Shown here: positions 12,100-25,506 of the stretch, piece after piece
Numbering within the stretch: position 1 is the first letter of the stretch
Layout: every line of letters starts with the position of its first letter
Assembly (NCBI GenBank): GCA_016748015.1
Contig: JAAOMT010000512.1
Location: 186,001-250,000, forward strand
From: Geosiphon pyriformis uo1
Lineage: Eukaryota; Fungi; Glomeromycota
Direction of reading: 5' to 3'
DNA: 64,000 nt
Program-made: the position numbers and the translations under genes
Notes under the pieces: generated by a model
Database searches by the model: none
Seen by the model: only the letters and a program-made list of their open reading frames with translations
Told to the model about the DNA's origin: nothing

Positions 12100-13550
12100 T
12101 CAATAATATTAATTAAATTGTTTTTTTTTTGGTATAACACTTTAATTTATATATAATCTTAAAGTATATTAGCAAAATTTTAATATGTTTATGTATTTAT
12201 ATACTGAAAACTCTGTACAAATAGCTTTTTGTTATTACTAAAAGGAGATTATATAACAAATATTATTTTAATATATTATATATAAACTATAATAAAATAA
12301 AAACATTTAATTACAACTTTGTTTGTTGTTCTAATTTTTTTATTTATATAAGTTTACTAATTAATAAATAAGTTTTTAAAAGTTTTTAATTGGCATTAGC
12401 TTGGTTTTTTTAGTTATTCTTTAATCTTTGGTTTTTTGTATTAATGATAATAGTTTTTACATGATTTTATATAAAAGCTTTGTGTTTAATTTTTAAATAA
12501 TTGAAACCAAGTCTGTTTTTGCTAATAGCAAGTTGGTTTTGTTATACTTAATTAATTTTATTCAAAGTTTAATTGTTAATCATAAAAAAAAAATATGATT
12601 GTTCAATTTTAAGTCTTATGTTTTTATAAAAAAAAATAGTTCTTTGCTTAGTAGTAAATCAAATAAATTTTTTATTCAAAGTTTTTGGTTTATGGTTTTA
12701 AAAAATAGCATATTTATTAAGTATAATTAAAAATTAAGTGATTAATTTTGGTTCTAAAATTAAATATTTATTTTTTATTAATGCTAATCTTAATGTTTCT
12801 GTTAATATAGCTGTATAATATTGTCTTGACTGGTTAAGTGGCTGGTTAGATGTAATAAGTACATAAATTATATTTAATTTAAAACTTAAAGCAGTTATAT
12901 CATATTGGATNNNNNNNNNNNNNNNNNNNNNNNNNNNNNNNNNNNNNNNNNNNNNNNNNNNNNNNNNNNNNNNNNNNNNNNNNNNNNNNNNNNNNNNNNN
13001 NNNNNNNNNNNNNNNNNNNNNNNNNNNNNNNNNNNNNNNNNNNNNNNNNNNNNNNNNNNNNNNNNNNNNNNNNNNNNNNNNNNNNNNNNNNNNNNNNNNN
13101 NNNNNNNNNNNNNNNNNNTTATTAACAATGTTTATCTAATTTTTAATTAGCGATTTGAGACGAACTATAATCCCAAATATAAGCAAACACGAAAAAAGAA
13201 GTAAACTGATTTTCAAGTCCTTTGGGCATTATACAAGAGAACAGAGAACGACAAATAGTCACTTTAATCCATTATGCACATCCCCACTTTACCTTGCTTA
13301 TTTGGATTTAGTTTCTTGAAAGTAAATTTCCGGATCTAAGGCTCTAATAACATACGTTGGCATGTTCAAGAATCTCTCTGAGCTTAATTATAAAGCGCAA
13401 ACACCCAATTCGATGACCATTTTGGGTGCTTCAGGAGGTATCAAACAGGCACTGTCCAAAATTATGGTGATCAAACGTTTGGAAATTTCAATAAAATAAT
13501 TAAAATAATTACCAGAAACCGTATGATTATTATAAAGTAATCTGCCATTA

Positions 13551-16500
13551 TTATGCCAAATATATTATTTTATTTTTGTCTTCTTTGTCTCTCTCCAAAT
13601 ATTCTCGATCGATCAAAGATTCAATTCGTTTTTTAATATCCGGTACCTTAGATGTAAGAAACAGTAAGTTTGATTTAAATTCAGATTTTAGGGCAGGCCA
13701 GAGTAAGGCTTACTTGAGCTTGAAATTTCAACTGCTTAATAAGCTCTGATACCAGCTGGTTGTGACCAAGTTTCTTTCTCATTTTCATAATTCGTACAAG
13801 GGCTGCATCTACTTGATACTGGCGATCAAGGAATACACGCTCAGTTGTCATCTGGTTTTCCTCAGTCTAACAGATGAAAAAATCTCTTAGAAAAACCCAC
13901 TCGAGAAAATATCAAGTTGCAAAATATAAGGCTAAATTTTGTGTGAATTTGGAATACCGTTTCCTTAAGTTGAATTGAATTGATCTTAATACGAGTCAAT
14001 TTATCTTCAAAGTCCTTATTGAAATAAAATTCATCATCTGTATTAATTTCGCGGCTTTTTGGATGTTTTAAGAGGACTCTGGTTTTGCCACATGCAAGTG
14101 ATTGAAGGGTACGATCGAGTTCTTTTTGCTCTAAATTAATAGAAATTGTATAAGCTTTAGTTTTCCAATACAAGAGACGTATTTTGAGAAAGATTACTCA
14201 CCAATTCTCGATGATTCCTTGATCTCATTATATGAGAGTTTACCATCTGTTGAATCGTTAAAAAGTAACAAGACCACAGCTTGAAAGAGACTAACAACTA
14301 AGTCTTTTTTTTTCTATGTTTTTAAATATTTGAAGAGTTAATCAAGTAGACGTCGTATAAAAAAACAATTATTTTTGAATAATCAAACCCTAGGAAAATT
14401 GGCCCCTAGTACGCAGGTTCCTAAAGAATTTTGCCATTTAAGGTTACGGCCAGCGTATTTAAGGAGATAAAACTCTTGAAATATTTTTTGACAATCGGTA
14501 ATCTAAAAATTAATTAAATTAAATTAACTTTTAAGTTACAAATTAAACCACAAAATACTTGGAATGATGAGAAAGTTTATATTACTTGCGTGGGAATATT
14601 CGCTTCAGAGGGTGGATATGTCGGCCAAAAACCTTGTGTCAATACATTAACATCCATTTCTATTTTTGATTGAGCAATTTGGGCAGCCAGCTTGGAAGAC
14701 TAAATTTATTTTTGACGAAATTTGATCAGAAGTTTATTATGAATAAGCAGATGCAAATACTTACACGGAATGTTCGAACGATTTCACGCGAGAGATCGAT
14801 GTCCTTGAACATTCCTTCCAGTTTACTTGTAAATCCTGCGCCACATTCTGAAAAATTACAATATAACATTATGTGAGACTCATATAATATATTCCCGATT
14901 TTTATATGAAAATAAATACCTTGCTTTAGACGAGATAGCATGCTTTTCTCAGCATCTTTAGATGCACTTCTGTTTAAAAGTAGACGCTTTGCCAAATCCC
15001 TTTTATAAAACGCTTCAAATATATCTTTGCCTATTCGCGAAGCATAAAGAAGTCGAAATATTAATGGAAGATTATGAGATTTTTGTTCGACATTCCTTTA
15101 TAAGGTACCTTGAATGTATCTGAACAAAAGGAGAGCATCATCCATAATTTGATCCATTTCTTCTTCATTTATACCCTTGTGGGCTCGCAACTTACGATCC
15201 AAATATTTGGCTAAAGAAACAATTCAGCATAATTTCATAACCACAAATATTGAATAATGTGAAGACCCACCGATCAGTTCGGCAGGTTTATTCTGCCTCT
15301 GATTGATAAAGTTCTCAAAGCTTTCTTTTAAAGTGTTATTAAAAGTGGGATTATTATGAAATGAACTTCGAACTACATCGTCCATCTTTCTTTTCAATTC
15401 CAACATCTCCTCGACCATTTGGGAATCTTTAGTATCATCAGTGACAATATCTGCGCCAACTTTCTAGAAATTAACAATTCAGAAAAATAACCTATCCCAA
15501 AATCTTATGTTAATCGAAAAATATGGATTACCTTTATGTATAGACCAAAGCAAAAACGAAGTTTATCCAGTGCATTTATCTGAGATAACAAATTATATAG
15601 TAGAGCGAGATCAGCTAATTGTTCTTGTGTCATCATCATGGGAAATCCTAATTCAATTAGAAAAACTTGAGTATTTTTCTTGTAAGAAAATAAATAACAA
15701 GAAAATAGTCATAATAAGAAAGGGAATTTATCAACCTCTTTCCAAGATCACATCTAGATGGCGTTGCAATAATCTCGCTTCGACTGCATTTGCTAAACCT
15801 TTCTTTGTTTTCCGATCCAGATATGCCCTGTTCCTATCTTCTTCTTCCTGTAGCCGATTTTGAACATGGCGAAGATATTGCGGTATTTCCCAAACATCTA
15901 TCAAACGATTACCTTCTGCCTCATAATAATCAAGAGTTGCATCCAAAAAACCCTGCTCGAAGCCTTTAAAATACAAAGAAAGATCGATATACATGCGTAT
16001 GAGCGAATGTAGGAGACTTCGATCAACACGTTCACCATCCCTATTGTTCAAAATAAATCCAAACAATATCAATTATCAGAATGACAATCTATATATACTA
16101 AAGCAATATCTAATTTAATACCTTTCTCTTGCTATCAATATAAGTAAGCCTTGGCTGGTTTTTTGTTTTAAGGGACCGCTTGAAGACATAATGTGTGTTC
16201 TAAATACATCAAGACCCATATCCCTAAAAATTTCAATAAAATTATTTCAGTGAATAATTGAATGTTTTAAAAGCACATTGGGTAAAGTGTACCATAAAGA
16301 TGCTACTCCCGATGTTTGAAGAACATAAGTACGATCAAGATATAGGAATATACTTCGCAGTAATCCCTAAATAAAAAATCAAACAGTTTAATATTATTAG
16401 ACTTCGCAGAACAACCGTTTTTAAAAAAGTGAAATACCATTTGTTGTTGATGATCTAACCAGCACTGATTCATTGCTGCTAGAAATACCTCATTTTCGGT

Positions 16501-17162
16501 GACATTACTAAGAACTGAGAAATTAGTATTCAGGTGAAGAGAAATAATGGGATCTGAGCAAAACCTCCAAGACAAACCTCAATAATTTCTCAAGTTCATT
16601 GATGACATGAGTTTCACACTCATTCTTTAAACGTTCATAAAGTGAACTAGACAGCTTATGGAGACAGAGATTTTCACAAGCCTTATAAAGCTCTTCAAGG
16701 CTATCTTCAACAGCCTGTTTGTTATGAATTGCTCTTACGGCCGTTTGTAGTTTGCCCCACGTTAAAGCCTCGTAGTTTTCCGGTAATTTAGGCTTATCTA
16801 TTTACCAAAATTATATTTGTTAAAATTCTTATGGCTTGAAAAAATTGGACGAAAATAGTTCACTGATTACCTTTGAGAGCTTTAATGACAAGCTTTTTAA
16901 CAGGGGGTTTAATGCTAGAGCCATCAACACTTTCTGAAGCCTCGCCTTGAGAATTAACTGTGGATTTACTTGAAGGAAAAAGCAAATAATCCTTTGATCC
17001 AGTTGAAATTACGCCAAACATGTTTTCGGTGTGACTCTTTGGAGCAGGTTGAGTATCGGGACCCGTTGCTGTAGCTTTGAGAAAACTTGTTAGATCAGGG
17101 GCAGTAGGAGAGGGTTTATGGCTGCTCTCGAGCCTCGAACGCTTGTTTAAACGTCTTTGCAT
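13551..17162 (-). CDS. CUL4: Cullin-4 (CRL4 E3 ligase scaffold), 17 exons, 809 aa
   Basis: GT-AG exons 17162-16871, 16797-16578, 16507-16438, 16366-16293, 16223-16122, 16040-15736, 15647-15532, 15463-15271, 15210-15109, 15030-14920, 14847-14765, 14699-14586, 14502-14389, 14313-14202, 14130-13958, 13866-13714, 13646-13551 sum to 2430 nt in frame. Motifs: [66 protein letters not shown], neddylation site [17 protein letters not shown]. Confidence 0.95.
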
Positions 17163-17929
17163 GGGCAAATCACCAAAGAGAGAAGGAATGTAGACTCGAT
17201 AGATTTTCGACCATAGAACGGTCTCTTTCTATGTCGTTTATTTATAAGTGAGGTGAGCTATAAAAATTCGGAGGGTAATCGTCATACATATAAGCTCAGC
17301 CAAGTTTTTAAGTAATTGTTAGTCACTTTAACAGAATAATAACATTTTTAATATTGTTGCTAAATATTAATAACAATTAATTGTTTGAACTAATTAGCAT
17401 ATCATAAACATTATCAGGAAAAAAAATTTGAGTGTTAGCTGGCACAAGGTGAAAGGTTATTTGGGTATTATGGGCAATGAGTGTGCTAAAATTATTTCAA
17501 TTTAATATATTTGCTTGTAAATTCTAAAATTCAAAACAAAAACTTTTTTTTACTATTTTAACAAATTGTTATTATATTAAAGTTAAAATTTTATTATTTA
17601 AAAAAGTATTTAATATTGCTTTAAATATTTATACTATTATTAATCTGTTTTATAATTGTTGAAATTTGTGTTATTGCTTTTTAAAACTTTAATATTATTA
17701 ACAAATAATATATTTTAATATTAATGCTTTTAAAAATACTTTATTAAATTAAAATTAAGTAATTTAAACTTTTTTTTTTTTTTTATTACATTTAATGAGT
17801 AAGATCCAAAAAAAACTTCTTTTTCTCTTTCGTCCCAAATTCCTAAAAAAAAGTCAAAATTTTGAAAGAAGTTTTTCTGTTTTTTTATATACTGTCTTCT
17901 ACCATTTCACAAAAAACAAACCCTTTCAT

Positions 17930-19787
17930 TGTCAGTCCAGCTGCCACTATAAGTGGCCCTAGTGTTAAGAGAAGGTCAGCCAGAGTTTTGACCACTGGTT
18001 TAGTTAGTGGTGGTTCAAGTCATAAAATCAAGAAACTTCTCAGTGGTACCAAGCTCTTAAGTAGTAGTGCAACTCTCGAAAGTAGTGGGTCTGGTTGTGT
18101 GGTCGGGCAGTTTAATGGCATGAATACTAATGGAAAAGCTTCCGAAGGTGAAGAAGTACCTGATTCCAGGATGAATACACTTCAAGTCAAGTGTTTCAAT
18201 AATGGTGTGACTGTCAGCTCCTCTCTCGGCTCTATTAATTATGACATGGAGGAAGTTTCTCTTTCCCTTTCGTAAGTCTTTCTCTTTGGATAAGATGTGG
18301 GTGGATCCCAAAATCATTAAAACTCAAGTGGAAGTCACCATGAAAAAATCATTCACTTTGGACATTAATTTTTCGGCTGTAGAAGGAAAATCAGCAACGG
18401 CCAAAACTCAGGTCATAAGGAAATTATTTTCAGGAATCAATGGTTTTGGGAGGGCCACTACCCTCTCAAAATTTGAAGGGATCATCAGATCTACATTCAT
18501 GTCAAAAGAAAGCATGGAAAGAGCTGCATCATTGGCTAGGGAAAAGAGGATCATCATAAACAGCGATCTCAAAAGACAAGGAATTCACTCAGATTGGGCC
18601 GTAGTAATCAAGAAAATTCCCATGGATACGCCTAAGGACATGATCATCGCCGCAGTAGCTGAATTTGGAGAAATTAAGTCGATCTGCGTATAACTGGTTG
18701 GGCTATGGCAAAAGGCTGTGGTTGAGTTTGCCAATCGGAACAGGCAGTGCAATTGGCTTCTAAGTGGTCGTTCCTAATCGGGAAAGATTCAATGCATATG
18801 ACTATGACTGTAAAAGATCTCGAGACTTGGGCTTCTAGAAATCGGTTCAGAGCACTGTTGTTTACTTTGCCGGTGGAAACAATGGCTCATAATCTTGGCA
18901 ATCTGTTAAAAGAGGCTGATGGAAAAACTTGCATTATCAATCAGTCATTTGAAACGGGCAATAAGGTTCGCTGTGCTGTGGTTGGTTTTGATTCTGAGAA
19001 GAAGCTGGAAGCTGTTTTTTACACGGAATCAATTTTTGGTGGTGTGAGACTTTCTTGGGCTAGATTAGGCTTGGTTCAGTGCAAAAAGTGTGGGAGATTT
19101 GAACACTCAGCCTTGAAATGCAATGCTTCTGATGTTTTTGTTCCTGCACCTTCTATTGCTTTGAAAAAAGAAAAACATGTTTTCAGTGCAGATCGCTTTT
19201 ATTTAGCCAAGTTATATGCAAAGAAAAATGTTTCTATCTCTCATTCTGTTGCCTTTGGTGACAAATCTTGGGCTCAGATGGTCTCTCTTGCTTCCTCTGC
19301 TGGTGGCTCTTCTTCTGGTTCTGGTTTTGGTTTTGGCCCCTCTTTGTTAGGTGCTTCGGGTTTGGTTAGTGGTGTTCTCTCCTTCCCAATTGACAGGTCT
19401 TCCTTGGATGCTCAGTTAGCATCTTTGGAGTGCTCTCTTGAACTTTTGGCTGACCAGGTTTCTGGCATTCTTAGGAAATTGAATTTTGTTGAATTGGTGT
19501 CCATGGTGCCATCTTTTGATACTCCTTCTTTGGTTGGCTCTGTACCTGTGGCTCCTGTTTTGGACTCGGATATGGTTTTGGATGGCGCGTTGATGTTACC
19601 CTCTCTCCCTCCCTCAAATGCTAAGTTGGATGCAGGTTTCAGTTCAAGTAGTTCAAAGGTTCTGACCACCAAAGTGGGTGGCTTAGAGTCTAAAATGTTG
19701 GCTCTAGAGACTTCAGTTAATTCTGTTTTGGCGAGATTGGATCTCTTGTGTTCTGATTTGGGTTTCTCTTTACTGCTTTCATCCTAA
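17930..19787 (+). pseudogene. LINE1 ORF1 (RRM-like region, CCHC knuckle, coiled-coil-like C-terminus); start approximate
   Basis: AVVIKKIPMDT..AVAEFGEIKSI and CKKCGRFEHSALKC; frameshifts and stops. Confidence 0.8.
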
Positions 19788-22700
19788 TGAGCAGTCTGGT
19801 TTGGAAATTTGCTACATGTAATGTTCGTGGAATCAATGTCTCTGCCAAGCAGGAGGATGTTGTATGTTGGCATTGCAATTCTGGCAATTTGGTCTCGTTC
19901 ATCATGGAAACAAAGTTGAGGTCTTCTACTAGGCCATGAATTGCAGATAAGTTTGATGGAGTGCAAATTTTTTCTTCGGGATTGGATAAAAATTTTGTTG
20001 ATGCTGGATTGCAATTATTATGAACAGTTTATTGGCTCAACATGTTTCTAAGATTGAAGAGATCCCTGGTCAAGTTATTTTGGTGCATCTTTTGTTCAAA
20101 GGCAAGCTTTCAGTGACTGTACTTGGTTTGTATGCTAGCACATTTCTGGACATTCATTTTAGGCAGGCATCTAAGGTTAATTCATTTATTGCTAAGGCTG
20201 TTAATGCCAGCAATTTTGTTGTCTTGGGTGGGGATTTTAACAAAAATGAATTTGAAAGGAGTGTGAGTTATGGGTTTTGCTTAGGTCTTGGTCTGGTCAA
20301 TTCGCTTGCTGGCCATCAGTTGGCAAAGACTTCTACATGGAGCAACTCGAGAGGGATAGAAAAAACTATTGATTACATTTTGGTTAGTAAGAATCTGTCT
20401 TCTGCTGTTGTTAAGTATTGGGTTGGGTCAGTCTTAGAATTTTTTGATACAGACCACAAGGCTGTTATGGTGTCAGTTAGTCTGGATGGACTTTTGGATG
20501 TTCAGTTGAATAGTTTGCACAAGCAGGCTAAAAAAAATTGTTGAAAGTTCAAAATCAAGGATGCAGATGCTTCCAAGTGGTCTGAGTTTAGGGATTGTGT
20601 TTCAGCTAAGCTTCTATTGATCAAGGATCTCTTCTCTGATGCCAAAGCTGGTGGTGATTTGGATACCATATGGGCAATTTTAGGAAAAGTAATGGTTGAG
20701 TTTGCTGATGAGATTTTTTTCAGACAATGGTTTAGTGAATTTCAATGTTCTAGAAATAAGTATTCTTCAAAGTTCTTTGGGTTGAAGTTACTCGTTGCCA
20801 AGATTGTTGGTGTGGTTCGCACTAGTGATGTGCTTAAAATTGATTGTCTTGTGAGGAAATAGTCTACTTTGGATGAGGCCAAAGCTTGTGCATTCTCTGA
20901 TTTGGTTAGATTGGATGTAAGTAGTATGGTTCTTCTTAAGTACCTGTTATCAAGTCGCAAAAAATACAGGAAGTCGAAGATATTTGAATTGAGGTTGGCT
21001 AAAAAAGCTTCTATTAGGGGAGCTGTAGAGAGACGCATGAAGAGTTTTGCTTCTAATAAAGGGGGCATGATAAGGAGTGTATTGGATCGGCCTTTTTGCA
21101 AGATAATTCTTGATCATTTAGTTGTTGATGATGGTTTGGTTCTGGAATCTGTGGAGGTGAAGTCTAAGGTGGATGAGATTATGGTGGAATGGACGAGGAA
21201 GCAAGTGGTGCCTACAATGATGTCTGAACTCTGGGCTCGCCAGTATGCACTTCTGAATCATGTACAGGATGATGCTTTTTCTGAGGTAATGCGTAAAATC
21301 AGTTTGGGTGAGCTGTTTTCAGTTGTTGGGGGTCTGCTTGATGGCAAGGCTGCTGGCTTGTCTGGCATTCTTAATGAGCTGTAAAAGCATGGTGGTGATG
21401 TGGTGTTGGGTTGCTTTTTGGAGCTGTTGAATATGTGTCTGGTTGTTGGAAGTGTGCCTACTTTATGGAGGAGAGCATGGGTTTTGATGATTCTGAAACT
21501 TTATGACTGGGATGAGATTTTTACGAACACTTGGCCTATTGTGCTGATCAAGACTGCCAGGAAGATTCTCTCCAAGGTTTTTTCTGACAGGATTTCGTCA
21601 GCTTGTAGCAAGTTTGGTGTTCTGCATGGTGATAATTTTTCTGTTTTAAAGGGTACATCTACCCAGTCTCCAGTGTTTGCTGTCAGCTCGGTAGTTGAGG
21701 ATGCTTTGGAAAAGAATCGAGAACTTTGGTTAATATTGCAAGATATGAGTAAAACATATGACTCAGTTGGGTGGTACCACTTGGAAGTGAGCTTGAAGTA
21801 CATCAAGATGTGCAGTAGGTTCATTAGTTTCTTTAGTGGCATACACAATGATAGGGTTAACAGGGTTATGACGGATTTTGGTCTGTTAGATGGCTATCGT
21901 GTGCATGATGGTTTGGATCAAGGTGAGGTTTTCTCCCCCCTTCTTTGAAGAATCTTCTATGATCTGCTATTGTGTGAGATCAAATGGCATGAACATTTGT
22001 GTGGATACAGGATTGACACTAAGTTTGTGGTGAGGACTGGCAGAATTGAGAGTAGTGGTAGAATGTCCTCCTTTTTTGCTGCTGGTGCTTTTGTGGATGA
22101 TATAATTTGGGTAGAAGATTGCCAGGCTTTCATGCAGTATGTTCTTAATATTGCTAGTGAATTTTTTTCTATCAATGATATTTCAATTAATAATGAGAAG
22201 ACGGTGGCCATTCCGATTAATCAAGGTTGCTTCATTAAGTATTAGTGGTTAGCCAATCTCTATAACAAAAAAGGTTGAGGCTTACAGGTACCTGGGAATC
22301 TTTTTGTCGACTGAAGAGTTGTCCAAACCTAGTTTGGCCAAGGTGCACTTGGATGTCTATTTTTTTACCAATGTAGTACTCAGGAAAGCCATCATGGACA
22401 AGCAGTTTTCTTATTTGGTCTCAGTTGTTTTGCAGCCAATTATTAGTTACAGAACACAGTTTAGTTTTGTCTCCTCTGGTATATGCTGCAAGTGGGACGT
22501 TTTGGTAAAGAAGAATCTCAGGTCTAAGGCTTGCTTGCCTCGTGACTTCCCAAATGAAGCTTTACATTATCCTTCTCTTTATGACTTGAAGCCTTTCGAT
22601 CAGATACAGTCCAAAAGCAAGGTGGCTGCTGTGATCTCTTTTTCAAATGCTCCGGGTATTCTTGGTTGGTTGTTTTTCCATTGCTTTTTGGATTTGCAGG

Positions 22701-24469
22701 TTCTTGGGTGGACGCTCTTGAATCTATTGCAGTTTCCAGTCAAGCTGCATGTTAGTCCTGTGAACAATTTTTTAGCTGGTATGGTCAGAATTTTTTTGGA
22801 TTGTAAGCTGTCTTTGGCGAACATTCTGCCTAGTGTTTTTAGAAATCCTGGTGTTTTTCCTATGCCTGTAATTTTGGGGAAATTTTTGTTTTTTAGTTGT
22901 GTTCGTTCTCTGAAGCATTTTGGGGTTGTCTTTGGTGACAGACTTCTTGACAAAAAAGGTGCTGTAATGGATTGGAAGACTTTTTGTCATTGGAAGAAAC
23001 TTGATCCCAGGAGCCCTGTGCCTCATTGGTTCAATGTCACACATAAGTTTTTGCTGGATAAGGGCTTGGCGCCACATGCTGCTGATGATGCTAGTGGTTC
23101 TTTAGGCTGTAGTGTTTTGGACTCTGAACAGTTTGCTTTTGTGTGAGATGGTCTGCTTGAAGTTTGGTCTGACTCTTTGGATGTTTATACTGATGGTTCA
23201 TTGAAATCAGCTGGCTCCTCCAGTGTGGTTAGTGGGGCCACTGCTTATTTTTTTGCTTTGGATGCAGGAGTTAGTGTTGGTGTATGTAGGCTTTTATCTT
23301 CGACTTTGTCGGAATTGTAGGCTGTGGCTTTTGCTCTGGAATGCATTTCTTCCTCCTGTTCAGTGGTTTTGCATCTCAACAGCCAAGCTGCCATTGATGC
23401 GTGTGTGTCTGAATTGGCTTTTGTTGTCCCTGACTTTCGCAATTATTGTTGGATTGAGAGAAGACATGTTGTTAATTTGATTAGGGATAAGGATCTTGCT
23501 GTAAGTTGGATTAAGGTCAAGAGTCATTCTGGAGTTCCTGGCAATGATCGAGCTGTTGCACTGGCTGGTGAGGCTGCTGGCTCTCCCGTTTCTTTGCTGT
23601 CTGGAGTTCGTGAGTGTTTTCTGTTGGCTGAGAGTACTGCGGTTTCGGGTAATGCTCATTACTTCATTAGGGATGTTTTTAGATCTGTTTGTCATGCTCG
23701 TTAGGAGGCTGGTCTGGGTTATAATGTGGTTCCAGTTATTCCATTGCAGCATTTTGATTGGGACATTTCCACATGGGTCTGGCATCCTGACTTGCACATG
23801 CTTGCTGAATTTACCAGTCGGAAATTGGCGAGTCTTCTCACATACTTGATAAAGGCTCTACATAGAAGATTAGCAGTGGCTGTTTGCAAAAGATTGTACA
23901 ATAAATGTTATCCTGGTGTTCAATGTTTGTTGTGTGGTGAGGTGGAGTTGCCCAACCACATTTTTACTTGTTTTCGAGATGTTTATGTGTGGGAGGATAT
24001 TCTGTCAGAGATATCTGCTTATTAGATTTCCATGGCTGGTGCGTGTAACTCGTCTTCTTCCTCTGTTTTGAGGACTCTTGATCTCTGCCAGTCAGACGTT
24101 GGCTTGTATTCAGTCTTGTGTAGAGGATTTGTGCTTAAAGATTGGTGTGCAGAGGCTGTTGGCATTTTTGAGGATATTAAGTGTGCTTCTGGTGTGGTTG
24201 TTGACTTTGTGAGGTATTTGGTTGAGTTACATTAATCTAAGGTGTGGTTGGCTAGGTCTAAATTTAGGGTGGACATGGAGAAGGCAAGTTTGGTTGGTAA
24301 TGATGGTTTGGTGTTAGGACTGTTGTGTTGCATGACTTCTATGCTTTTGGATGGCGTGATTAGGTTGCTTGGCATTGTGAAGTCTTTTGCTGTAAGTTTT
24401 GGCCATCGCAGGTCTTGTCTTTTTTTTTCCGGTTTGGATGGTAATCCATGTGTTAGTTTAAGTGTATAG
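19787..24469 (+). pseudogene. LINE1 ORF2: AP endonuclease, RT, RNase H, CCHC
   Basis: ATCNVRG, GGDFN, IDYI, TDH; QGEVFSP, AFVDD; VYTDGS, WIKVKSHSG..GND; CLLC..NHIFTC. Confidence 0.92.
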
Positions 24470-24708
24470 TGTTGTCTTGTCTGGCCCAAGTAGCTAGCCA
24501 CATGTAGAAAGTGTGTAAATCACATTTAGTTTGAGGCACTTGGTTTGGTTCTATGTACTAGGTAGTAGTTAGACTTTACTTATTAAATGAATAAAAAAAA
24601 AAAGATCCAAACACGACCTAGGACTATACATTATATAAATAATCTAAACTAGGAGCGAATTATGCCTTTTCTACATGTGACCAGCCACTCGGGCCAATCA
24701 GAACAACA

Positions 24709-25506
24709 CTATGCACTTATCCTAACAGAGACAAAATCCCCTATACCTGAGAAAAACAAACAAGATTTATGAAAACCGAAACCAATACCAAAAGCTTCAA
24801 CAACACCCAACAACCTAATCACACTAGCCAAAAGCATCATAGGTAAACCAGAAACCAGAGCAGGAATGAAACCATCATGAGGAATAAGTCTATTCCTCTC
24901 TATAAAAGCCCGGTGTTTGGCATGGACCAGCCAAAACTCATCATGAAATATGAAACAAAACTCATGCACAAAACACACAATATTCAAAGCCGCAACCTTA
25001 GCATTCTTAAAGACAGAAAAGGATTCACAGTACCAATCATTGAAAACAAAATCCTTACACAAAGTAGTACTAATTGTAGCATCGGAAAAACAAGAAGTCA
25101 ACAAATGCAAGACACACAAAGTAGATTGAGAGAGACCAGACTGCACTTCCCAAAAAGATGCATAAACATCCAACAACTGAGCACAACCAGTAGCATCAAA
25201 AGAACAAACGAAGACATGGTCTGAGAATTCTACATCACCACAGAACAAACACACCACACTGGGAGTAGCACCTATCATACAAACGCTTATACATAGCAAC
25301 AGAAAACCAATGATAGAGAAATTTTATAAAGTATGTCCAAAGGCCATCAGAACGTGTACTGGTAAAACCAGCAGCCAGGTGAAAATCAGGGTGCCAAACC
25401 AAAGAAAACTTAGACCAGTTAACATCATCGTGCAAACCAGCCACTAAGATTTAGAAACCAGAACCAACCTCTCAACATGCACGAAGAATAGACCAAAACA
25501 CATCAC
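24709..25506 (-). pseudogene. LINE2 ORF2 C-terminus (CCHC region)
   Basis: VWHPD, CLFCGDVEFSDHVFVC; joins 35332 across the TCAC TSD. Confidence 0.85.

Larger units (their letters stand above)
4582..12900 (+). mobile_element. Heavily decayed LINE relic (LINE0): ORF2 RT-RNase H at 4582-6686, resuming at 12100 after Gypsy B
   Basis: Reverting A>G and T>C recovers IFAIG..EDALEK..LWLVLQDMRKAYDSVGW (4850-4990), WIKVKGHS (~6450), KRRLYDKCYP..C..C..DH.FVC (12240-12330) and the 3'UTR motif at 12827. Confidence 0.75.
17811..24601 (+). mobile_element. Full-length LINE1 with RNase H, degenerate
   Basis: ORF1 and ORF2, poly(A) 24593-24603, TSD AAGATCCAAA at 17801-17810 and 24602-24611. Confidence 0.93.

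Noticed and set aside
12895-13150. ORFs spanning N runs (also 61565-62140)
   Set aside because: Artefacts of assembly gaps.
13140-13550. Possible additional gene downstream of CUL4
   Set aside because: No convincing ORF or motif; most simply 3'UTR or intergenic sequence.
15507-15863. Plus-strand ORFs over the cullin gene and antisense ORFs over LINE/Gypsy coding regions
   Set aside because: Shadow frames of real minus- or plus-strand coding sequence; no independent motifs.
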